A program made the translations under genes and the position numbers. Positions 53,322 to 64,000 of a DNA stretch of 64,000 nucleotides are shown piece after piece. The notes beneath the pieces were generated by a model. That model was not told where the DNA came from, ran no database searches, and saw only the letters and a list, made by a program, of their open reading frames with translations. This stretch comes from Chlorokybus atmophyticus (Eukaryota; Plantae; Mesostigma and Chlorokybus algae): positions 622,731 to 686,730 of the forward strand of contig RHPI01001616.1 in NCBI GenBank assembly GCA_009103225.1, written 5' to 3'. How positions within the stretch are numbered: position 1 is the first letter of the stretch; each line of letters opens with the position of its first letter.

Positions 53322-56300
53322 GGTGAGGAGGCTACTGCTGGGGATAGGAAGGAGCCTCATGCACGGACGGATGCTGTGACATTTCCATTGAAGAAGCAAA
53401 AGGAGATGACTTTGAACGTGCCAATGGTGGTGAGTTATGCAAACGAGGAGACAACAAAGTACTTTGGGCTTCGAGCACACATTTGCGATGACCAAGGACG
53501 ATGGAGAGAGTGCAAGCTCATGATTGATAGCGGTGCCAACAGCAACTTCATGAGTATTAATATCGCGCGGCGTTACGGTTGGCTTTCGTCATTACGAGGA
53601 GGTGAAGTGAAGCTCGCTGATGGAGAGCCACCCTCTGGAGGTGATGGGGCTGCGTTTATGACCAAAGAGTTGTGCGTTCGCATTGGGAAGATGAGAGGAG
53701 AACATGCGATTTTGCTGCATCACCCTACGGAACGGGTTTGACGGGATATTGGGACTACCGTGACTATGGCAACATAATCCATCCATTAATTGGAGGAAGC
53801 GCGCGCTCACCATCGAAGGAAATGGTGAAGAATCCATTCAAGCTGCGTCGGACGTCATCGAGGCGCGGCACGCACAATCAGGTGGTACAACAATTGCCCA
53901 GATCTGTTATGTGCAATTGAGGAAGTTATTGTCTCCACGCAAGGCAAAGGCTGCATGGTTGTGCATGGTGCGCGAAAACACTGCAAAGTCAGCACCAGAG
54001 CTGAGTGACGATGTTAAGACGGCTACGATGGACCCCGAGGTGTGTAAACTTGTTAAAAAATACCAAGATATCATGGTGGACGGACTTCCATCTGGTCTAC
54101 CACCTTCATGGAGCGTATAGACCACCGTGTGGAGCTGATTGAGGGCGTGCACAAGCCACCGTATCGACCCGTATACAAGTTGTCACCTTTGGAGCTGGAA
54201 GAGGCCGAGAGGCAGGTGGCGGACTTGCTGAAAAGAAGCTACATCAGGCCTAGTAAGTCCCCCTATGGTGCACCTATTTTGTTTGTACGAAAGAAGAACG
54301 GGAGCTTGCGCATGTGCGTCGACTACCGAGCTCTTAACAACATCACGAAGAGGAATTGCTTTCCACTCCCACGTATCGACGAGTTGCTGGAGCAATTGCA
54401 AGGTGCGCAGTACTTCACAACACTTGATCTTGCTGGAGGTTAAACCAAATCCGCATCGCGCCCGAGGATGTGGAGAAAACAGCCTCTAACACACGTTATG
54501 GGCACTACGAGTGGTTGGTCATGTCCTTCGGACTTACGAATGCACCGGCAACATTTCAAACGCTTATGAACAGCGTTTTTGCTGACTTGATTGGTAAGGG
54601 AATCCTCGTGTACCTCGACGACATTTTTGTGTACGCGAAAACAAAGGAGGAGCACGTGGCACTTCTACGGCGCGTGTTGCAGCGTTTGCGCGAACACAAG
54701 TTGTACGCCCAGCTACAAAAGTGCAAATTCTTGCTTCGAGAGGTGGAGTACCTAGGCCACATTGTGTCGCATGAAGGCATCAAGCCGGACCTCAACAAAG
54801 TGCAGGTGGTGCGCGAGTGGGCTTCCCCAACCAACGTAAAGGAGGTGATGTTCTTTTTAAGCCTTGCGGGGTATTATCGCAAGTTTATCATGGGGTTTTC
54901 GCGCATAGCTGCTCCCTTGACTGCCCTACTCAAGAAGGGAAAGCGTTGGAGCTGGTCAGCAACAGAGGAACATGCATTTGCTGCGTTGAAGAAGGCGCTG
55001 ACGGAGGCACCAGTCCTGGCTCACCCCGACATGGAAAAGACATTTATTTTGGCTTGCGACGCGTCCGACACAGCCGTAGGAGCTGTTTTGCAGCAAGACC
55101 ATGGCAACGGCCTTCAACCAGTAGCATTCTTCAGCAAGAAGATGAGTGGTGCGGAGCTGAATTACCCCATGCACGAGAAGGAACTTTTAGCGCAAGTCAT
55201 GGCGCTACGACAATGGCGCGTTTTTTTGGAAGGCAAAAAGTTCGTGCTTGAGACGGATCACTCTCCACTGAGGTACAAACACAACCTCATCTAAGTCGCA
55301 GACAAGCTTGATGGCTTGAGTTCTTTCAACTTTTTGACTTCGATATCAAGTACAAGCCCGGTACGTCAAATGGTGTTGCTGACGCGCTGAGCCGGCTTAA
55401 TGCAATTGAGGCCCTGGCTCAAGTGCAGCCCGAGTGGACCGACCAGATACGGCAAGTGCTTCGTGAAGACACGGAGGGTATGAAAGTGTTGCAAGAGCTG
55501 GAAAATGCAGATACGGACACAAGTGGGCATTGGTCAATGCGCGACGGGCTGCTTTGGCACCACGGGTGCTGGTACATCCCCAACGTCGCGCATATCCGTG
55601 TGAAGTTGCTGAAGGAAGCACAACGTGCCCATTGCTGGTCACCAAGGGTTGGAGAGGACTTTGGCAAGCTTGAAGCAGCGTTTCTATTGGCGAGAGATGC
55701 ATCGCGATGTGCGCGACTACGTGGCGTTGTGCGACGCATGCCAAAGGGTGAAGGCAAGCAACCAAAAGCCAGGTGGGTTGCTGCAACCTCTCCCTGTGCC
55801 ATTATCCAAGTGGGAGCAAGTTACCATGGACTTTATCACGGGGCTACCAAAGACAAAAGGAGGATACGACGATATACTTATGTTCGTCGACAAAACCAGC
55901 AAAATAGTACGCTTGGCACCGTGTAGTGAGTCTTGCACGGCACCGGAGGCAGCACGCTTGTTCGTGTAGCATGTGTTTCGCTCTCATGGATTACCACAAA
56001 GCATTGTGAGTGATCGCGACCCGCGCTTTACAAGTAAGTTTTGGGAGGCGCTGCATGTGCATTTGGTTCCACACTGAAGTTTAGCACGGCATTCCACCCA
56101 CAAACTGATGGGCAAACGGAGCGGGCTAACCGTGTAATCGAGGACATGCTGCGTTGCTACGTTAACGCGCGACAAGACAATTGGGCGGAGCTGCTTGAGT
56201 TGGTGGAGTTTGCGATCAACAACCACCACAATGCAAGCACAGGTGCCACTCCCTTCCTTATGAACTACGGGCAACATCTATTGACACCGTTGACGGCATG

Positions 56301-56904
56301 GCCACCGCAACGACATGACGTGCGTGTGGAGGCAACCAATGACTTCCTTACAAAGTGCGCGGACATTAATAAGGCAGCTAGGGAGGCGCTATTGGTGGCA
56401 CAAAATCGGCAGAAGCAGTACGCGGACGCGCATTGCCGACACCTCACGTTTCAGGAAGGCGACATTGTGTTACTCTCCGCGAAGCACGTACAGGTGCGTA
56501 CGGGAGTTCGCAAGCTGAATGAACGCTGGTTGGGACCATTTAAGGTCAGCAAAGTTGTCTCGGACGTGGCGTACAAGCTGGAGCTACCCGACACCATGCG
56601 TGTGCACCTCGTTTTTCACGTCTCCCTTCTGAAAGCATATCGAGGACAACCGCCAGAAAGGCCGCCCCCCAAAGTTGGCACGGACGGTGAACCAGAGTGG
56701 GAGGTAGAAGACATTCTTGGTGAGAAGTTTGTGCATGGCGTACGCAAGTTCTTAGTGAAATGGAAGGGCTATCCGTTGCATGAAGCATCATGGGAGCCAG
56801 AGGCACACTTGACTAATGCTCGAGACGTTGTGCGTGACTATCTTGCTCGACAACATCCTCGCGAGCTTCGAGGACGAAGCTCACCTATGGGGGGAGGAGT
56901 GTAA
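53301..56904 (+). pseudogene. pol: pol: aspartic protease, RT, RNase H, integrase, chromodomain; frameshifts and stops
   Basis: IDSGAN; SPYGAPILFVRKKNGSLRMCVDYRALN; YLDDI; ACDASD; ETDH; MDFITGLP; [13 protein letters not shown]; GPFKV; [25 protein letters not shown]. Confidence 0.95.
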
Positions 56905-59264
56905 TAATCAAGGCCAAATTTTGTGATTTTCATGGCCATTTTAGGCCTTATTTGTGAGGTATCATATTTTTCATGACTTGTGGCGGATATCGGCGAGTTG
57001 CGAGTCTGCCGCGGATATCGACCGGGGCCCCAAGACCAGTCCGGAAGGTGCCAGAAAACGGAGGGCTAGTCGAGAAGGGCTTGACCAGATTTCTGGAAGG
57101 GCCTGGCGCCAAGTAGTATAACTTGACCATATGAGCAGCAAATTAGGAGATCTTTGGTGCGTTGGAAAGGTCTAGAAGTGTACTACAAGATCCCGCAATT
57201 ATATCTTAGCTTCTAGTTCCGTCTAGCGCTAGAATCGTCTAGACAGTAGCATGTGCAGACTGGTAGGTATAAAAGTGACATTCTACAACTTGCAATACAA
57301 CCTTTAGCTCCCTAGTTTCTGGTGTGCAAGCTTGGTGGTGGCTAGCAGGGGTTGCTTGCGTGTGTCCACCGGTGTGTGCTTGCTTGTGTGACGATCCAAG
57401 GCGCTACACAAGTCGGTGTGTAGCTTCGAGCGCATGCGCGTGCGTACGCGAGTGGCGGGGCGCGCGTGTGTGCTTGGCAGAGGGGGCAAGGTTCCGGTGT
57501 GAATACCGTGTCTTGGTGAGAGGGTTGTTGATTGGACCAACTCACAGGTGACAAGGCACGAGCACCGCCACAATGATGCTACTTTCAATATTATTGGTCC
57601 TGCATATCATCATCTGTCCATTGCAGAAATGATAATAATTTTAAGAAGTTGTTTAATCCGGTTAGCTATTCCATCTACATAAAAGCTGGTTCACGACGGA
57701 TATGCCTTATGAGAATGAGACGTTGAAGTATCACGATTGGTTACTAATTATTGTGGCATAGGCTGTGATGAATTAGTGATAATGAGGTGTGAGGACTCTG
57801 AGCAAAAATGCCTTATGTTTACTACTTGCAACCTATTTTATGTAAAATGGCTGACATTTTCTAATTTTATATTGTACGTGTCGCAATATCTGAGATTAAT
57901 AAAGCGCTACAAGTGCATTAATAACATGTTTTGATGTCGCTTGTTCTAGCACAAGTATTTAAAGACACACCACAAAACTCAATTGTCACAAAAGTTTCCC
58001 TACGTCCTCAAACATGAATGCTTAAAATTGCTTTACGCTGAAGAGCTTTGACCATTTCTGCGCATGTATATTTTCAAGCTGTTTTAAAGACCGTTGCTTA
58101 TTTGTATATGTGCTATTGGATAGCACTGTAGTGCTAGTATGCCGTTCTGAAGGTTGTGCTTGCTGAGCCAGGCCCTTGCTGATAGGTTATCAGCAAGGGT
58201 TAGTGATACCCCCTCCCCCCTCAGCTCCTATATCAACATAGTTTCGATTTTGATCGGAGCCGATACAACTTTTACATGGGCCCACAAACCCGTGCCAATA
58301 CTGGCACGAAAACCCCGTACAGTACTGGCAAAAAGCAAATAATTTAAGCTAGTAACTGAATCGTACGCAATTGAATTGTACAAACTGTGGCACTAGTTGA
58401 TTTACAAACTTGCACGTATGTTGTGCAAGCCATGGCATAAGGTTAACAACACAAGTCAACAGTAGCACAAGCCAGGCCCAAGAATGGTCCGAAACAATAA
58501 GTGCCAGTATTAACAATTAAGTAAATTATTGTCACTATTGGATTTAAAATTTAAGACCCTAAGACTAGCATGAAACCCCTAGTCTATAGAGGTTGGACCA
58601 GACACTGCCGACAGACCCGACAAAAGCTTCCATCGAGAATCTATCCAGAGTCTATACATATCTATACATATATTGTTGTTATATGTACATTTTGTTCATC
58701 AATGATTAATAACATACAATAATACATGCGTTTATAGCGAAATGTAAACATGTAAGCATAGCATGGTTGCAACATTTTGAACGTATGCGTAAGGTATTAT
58801 CATTTATGTTGAGTACCTTGTTGGAGCAGGTATAACATTAACTAATAATGAAATACATGGACTACCGGTAAGCCATGTAATGAGAGATGAAACCTGAACT
58901 CGTGGGTCGAGGCTTAAGCGATTGTTGGGAAGTCCGTGATACATAAAAACCATCATAAACGGCTCGCAGTTGTCAGGTGTGAAAAGTGCCTAGGGTTGTG
59001 CATTGTGCAAGGCATCTGGCGACAGTAACGCAGGTGGTGGCAGCGGGGGCGGGGGCGGCGGGGTGGGGATACTTAGCAGCGGGCGTGGGCTACGGTGCGG
59101 CGGCATGTGATATGGCTGGCGCCGGCGCTGGCCATTGTGATAGCGGCTGGCGCTGGCACTGGCGCTAGCGGATGGCAGCGGCGGCGGTATCGCACTAAGC
59201 GCTGGCGGCTTGTGGCGTGTGTGTGTGTGCGTGCTAGTGTGGCTGGTAGTGATTATTGTTCGCT

Positions 59265-59650
59265 AAATTAGTTTCTTTGTTGGAGCTTGAATGATACTCG
59301 TAGTAGGTAGGTTGTATGTGATAGTAACAACATTATTTTGTGCACCTTGATTGCATTGCTATAAGTGTGGTACTTGTGTGGTGGGCAAATGATTTTATGT
59401 GCAAAATTGCAAATCTTTAATGCATCGTATTGCATCATACAAATTTAATTTAAAGAAGCAATTGCCAGTTTTTGTTGCTAGAGCTTGAACACTACTCGTA
59501 GGTAGGTGGTATGTGATAGTAACAACATTGTTATGTTCCTCTCCTCTTTATTACATTGCTACAAGTGCTGCTTGTGTGGTAGGCAAATCACTATATGCTA
59601 CGTGAAACTGCATGAATTCAAAGCAGCGTATTGTATCACACAAATTGTGT
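59265..59650. repeat. Degenerate ~198-bp tandem duplication
   Basis: GAGCTTGAA..TACTCGTAG..GTATGTGATAGTAACAACATT..CATTGCTA..TTGTGTGGT.GGCAAAT at 59283 and again at 59481. Confidence 0.75.
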
Positions 59651-61544
59651 GAAAAAAGAAATAAGCAAAGCCATGCAATTTTGTGCGCATGATGAGCACG
59701 ATATTGCCTACAGGCCAGGCAATCCACGGCGTGAACTTCTTGCTCTTAGCATCCATCATCTTTGCTTTGACACGCATTGTATATGGGTCTTAACAAGCTT
59801 GGCATTGTCATCCTCAAGCCTTTGCACCACTCGAAAATATTGCTTTGCTCAAGCGCTGGGTTGAAAACTTAATTCCGCAACTCAACCTCATGGCTTTGGC
59901 TTTAAAACATAATATGCCATTGCAACGGCAAGTGCATTGGGACTGTTGCTAGCTTGTGGGCTGATGGCTAAGCTGCCTGCAATTATGCAGCCATTATCGC
60001 TGCTGCTGGCGGCTATATGTACTCGACCTTAGGGCATGCACGTTGGAGTTGAGGGTCTGAGCATGTTTTGGGCTTGTAGCGTTTGGGGACAGCGTGAATG
60101 AGGTGGGGTAGGGTACTGAAGGGCGCTCGCTAAAGCTAGAGCACACGCCAGGGCAATACCTAAAGTTAATTGATGTTTTAGTTTTTGTTGCAGGGTATGT
60201 ATGGCTTTAAGCGAAATATTTGATCATGGGCTTGTGTAACGGGTTTATGTGACAACGCTTGAAGTGGTACATGTGCATGTTAGATGTTATTGCACTTAAA
60301 AATCGACCATGTCACTTTTTGGTAACCGCGCAGATTGCTATCGCAACCCAGTCGAGTGCTTACTAAGCACTGGACTGGGTTGCGACAACCCCAATTGACA
60401 TGGTCGGCTGAAATGGCAATAGTGGCATAAGCACAACAACACATGTGGTGGTACAGAGACATAAACATACCACCCACTCTCACATATGCTAACACTGGCA
60501 CATGATCTTGTTGTGCCAGCGCTGATGGCACACGATCCAATCATGAAGCAGCTCTAACATGGGTTTCAGATTGTAGTCAATAACTTTAATTCTATTGAAG
60601 CCAGTGCTGATTTGGGTCAAAGGTGCCAGTTACGAATTTAGGTTTAATGTGATGGCAAAAAACCGTTTGTACCACCTTTTTTACCGGTAGGTAAGCTAGA
60701 GGCCAATAGTGGCATAAACGGTTTTGAGCCACTTACGGGGGGCTTCGAGTCTAGCCTAAGAAGGTCCCAGTACAAGCACAGTCTGTAGCCCTAATATGTT
60801 TTTAGCTAACATTGCCTTCCGATTGAAAGTTGAGCGCCGATGCCGCGCGGGAACCTTTATTTTTGTGAATCTCGCGGTTTCACCACTGATTGTTGACTTA
60901 ATGGTCGTTATGCGCAGATCTATGTTGAGCCTCGAAACCCACAAGTTGATATACATCTAGTGGCTCACATTTGCTATGGCTGTATAACACAGATGCAAGG
61001 GGTTTGGGAAATATCCAATCACCAATTCAGCGGCTAAATGCCCCGTCACTTTTTACCCTTGGGCTTAACGTAATAGCTTAAACTATATTTGTGGCTGTCG
61101 TTATTATAGCTCTGCATGTAGTATTGTAGAGCATTAATTGTATGTTGGTTGCTCGTGTTGCTTACCTCTTAATTATAATAAGGCAAAAACTCTCCGAAAG
61201 TAGTTTTGAACGTACAGCAACTGGCTATGTTTATTCTAAGGGGATGCACTGTAGTTTAATCTAGTTTGGTTGAGCAGTTTAACATAAGCTAATTGAGCGC
61301 ATTGCAACACTGAAAGAGGCAAATGCAGATGTGTCTCCCTTGCATATTTTGATAACATGCTTGGTTATTACTTAATTTGCTTGCTTTCGTAACTTCCACA
61401 AGTCCTCAAACTAGCAAATGATCATCTGTGTGTAATGCTTTGTTAACAATCACATTTGCGCGTTCGCGTAAAGTACAATTCAAGCATGAATGATGAGTTG
61501 TCGATGCCAATGTCGGTGCATACCTCAATAACATTCACATGATC

Positions 61545-61790
61545 CTCAACCCCAGCCCTGACCCCCATCTCATTCAGACCCCGACTTCAACCTTTTTAGC
61601 ACCCGCATCCTGACTTCCACCCCGACCCCTACCCTCACCCTCACCCGGACCCCCACCTCAATTTCACCCAGTTCTGACCCCCAACCCCAACCCCGACCCC
61701 AACCCCGACCCTAACCCCCACCCCAACCCTCACCCATAACTAGACCCTAAACCCCACCAAAACTATGACCCTGACGCCGACCCTTATCGT
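61545..61790. repeat. Degenerate C-rich hexamer repeat (ACCCYR; telomere-like or Pro-Asn/Pro-Asp coding-like)
   Basis: CCCAACCCCAACCCCGACCCCAACCCCGACCCTAACCCCCACCCCAACCCTCACCC. Confidence 0.7.
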
Positions 61791-63142
61791 ACTCCTAATC
61801 AGCATAATCTAAATAACAAGTTAAAAGCTGAACTGCATTGATGTAAGTGGATGTCGTTCCACGTGTCGCAAGTTTTGACATATGACTAGCTCAGTTTAAC
61901 CAAAAAGTATAAAAGTGCAATTCTTAAAACTAATATGCTATTGCAAAGCATTTGCATTAAAATGTGGAGCACTTATATGGGGACTGCAAAATAGCTGTGT
62001 GTATTGAAATGGTACACACTTGGCACACGCAACCCTCGATGAGATCGTTGAGGACTTGATTGCATACTACTGGATTTGGTCCAAAAAATTTGCGCTTCAA
62101 GCCTTCAAGTTTGGTGTTGTGAGTGATTGTGGGTGAGGCTGGATTGTACATGTTACAACTTTCGATATAGTGAAACGATGATCGGCCATAGCTTGTGAAC
62201 CATTGCTTGGTTTCGCGTGCGGATTGTTTAAAGCAATTTTGTTGTTGAAAGGTATATGGAAAGCGCTTGGTTGAGATGAATACTTCACATTAAGCACATA
62301 ACCTTTGACAAGACAAATTAACACATATTGACACTTTTGAAATGCACAACACTTGTGCTTGTGCATTTTTGGACTTTTATTGTTGACGGCTTGTATCCTT
62401 AGATCACATGGCTGACTAAGAAGCGGAACATGTGAGGTATCTTCCCATGCTTGACCTGTCATCAACATTGAGGTTTACCACACTCGTTTGCGCAAGCAAG
62501 AAGTGGGTGATCCGCATGTTCGGACACGTGTTGACGAACAACATCCCGCTATGTGTGCGTGGTGATCCAAAAGTGGATGCTGTGATGATTATACACGATA
62601 AACTACTCCCATCGTGTCCCATTGTGTCCGATTGTGGTGCCCTAACCCCCTTACTCCCTACTCCCATCGTGTCCCATTGTGGTGCCTTAACCTAATACTC
62701 CCAATCCCGTTCGTTTCCCTGGAAGGGAAACGAACGGTGTTTAGAACCCTGGTGAACTTAATGGTAAAAACCGAGAATACCGTTACAAGAATGTGGTACT
62801 TAAGCTTGGGACCTAACTTGGAAGACAAGTTGGCTGATCGCCGATCTTGGCGAGTGAAACTGGCTGCGCGCCTTGACTGACCGCAGTCCAAGTTGATTAT
62901 CACTAATGATCAACTCAGAATAGCTCTCACAATGCGTCAACAGACGGTGCACGTAACAGGTGCGAGCCGCAGCAGGCGTAGCACCACAAGCAAGTGTGGC
63001 ACCAGTGGGAGGCAGGAATGTCTTCCAAAAGCAGCGCCTTTTTGGCTGCGTGCGCACTCGGCTGAAGGTAACGCTTGTCAAATGCTGAGCTAATAGCAGA
63101 CGTATCAAGTGTAAGTCGAAGCAGGCGTAGCACCACTTTAGG

Positions 63143-63806
63143 TGTAACAGTCGAGGCCAAGTTTCATGATTTTAGGACCTTTTTTGGCCCATTTAAGCAC
63201 CACGTTGTAATGACTTGTGGCAGATATGGCGACTTATGAGTCTGCCGCGGATATCGACCGGGGGCTCTGGACTAGTCCGGAAGGTGCCAGAAAACGGAGG
63301 GCCAGTAGAGACGGGCTCGACCAGATTTCTGGAAGGGCATGGCGCCAAGTAGTAACTTGACCGTATGAGCACCTAATCAGGAGATCTTTGGTGCGTACGA
63401 AAGGTCTAGAAGTATACTACAAGATTTTGCAATAACATCTTAATATCTAGTTTTGTGTAGCACGGGAATCGTCTAGACAGTAGCATGTGCAGACTGGTAG
63501 GCTTAAAAGCGACATTCTACAATGTGCAGTACAACCTGTAGCTCCCTAGTTTCTTGTGTGCAAGCCTGGTGGTGGTTAGCAGGGGTTGCTAGCGTGTGTC
63601 CACTGGTGTGTGCTTGCTTGTGTGACGAATTAAGGCGCTACACAAGTGTATATATAGCTTCAAACGCATGCGCGTGCGTACGCAAGTGGCGGGGCGCGCG
63701 TGTGTGCTTAGCAGAGGGGGCAAGGTTCCGGTGTGAATACTGTGTCTTGGTGAGAGGGTTGTTGATTGGACCAACTCACATGTGACAAGGCACGAGCACC
63801 GTCACA
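63143..63806 (+). mobile_element. Solo LTR of the same Gypsy family
   Basis: TGTAACAGTC..CCGTCACA, homologous along its length to 56900-57572; TSD TTAGG on both sides; no PBS or internal sequence. Confidence 0.93.
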
Positions 63807-64000
63807 TTAGGTCACATTAGGTGTGGCCCCAATGGGAGGCGTGAATGTCTTTGTCTTCTGCTGCGCGCACTCGGCTAAAAGCAACGCTTTCCTCCCACCC
63901 CTTGCAGCTTGGCCGCAATTGCCACATGTAAGCTTCTCCTGCATCGCGATGTCATTATGGTACAAATACACGCTCAATTTCCACAGCTTGGCCAAGTTTT

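Larger units (their letters stand above)
51625..57572 (+). mobile_element. Ty3/Gypsy chromovirus LTR retrotransposon, full length but decayed
   Basis: 5' LTR 51625-52199, 3' LTR 56900-57572 (TG..CA); TSD ATGAT on both sides; PBS TGGTATCGGAGC at 52202; PPT GGGGGGAGGAG at 56889. Confidence 0.97.

Noticed and set aside
58986-59250. GC-rich Gly/Ala ORF
   Set aside because: Low-complexity with stops in neighbouring frames; no domain signal.

Overview
Intron-rich eukaryotic nuclear DNA, most likely from a streptophyte green alga. This is inferred from a plant-type two-TM HMG-CoA reductase, an At5g12260-like glycosyltransferase, a plant-like mitochondrial atp4 insert and the tRNA-iMet PBS. Host genes read from the sequence: a GT2-like glycosyltransferase (-), TIM9 (-) and RUVBL2 (+) on a short bidirectional promoter, an ATPase_2-type P-loop protein (+), HMGR (-) and a membrane hybrid histidine kinase (Cache-like/HAMP/HisKA/HATPase/2xREC, +). 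Mobile DNA: a decayed chromodomain Ty3/Gypsy element with both LTRs and TSD (51625-57572), a solo LTR of the same family, a 605-bp TRIM, a MITE-like foldback and an atp4 NUMT. The standout is a ~15-kb multi-gene cassette (~6.3-21.9 kb) between host genes. It contains a spliced Plavaka-type (CACTA-like) transposase pseudogene tail-to-tail with an uninterrupted phage/actinobacterial-type C5 cytosine methyltransferase ORF preceded by a Tudor-like domain. It also holds a large zinc-finger/OTU-protease gene, two acidic-tailed flanking genes, structured intergenic repeats and a terminal 53-bp tandem array. I interpret it as a giant DNA transposon carrying its own chromatin reader/writer/eraser-like cargo; its termini (TIR/TSD) could not be identified. 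All domain calls are by-eye motif recognition and need HMM confirmation.
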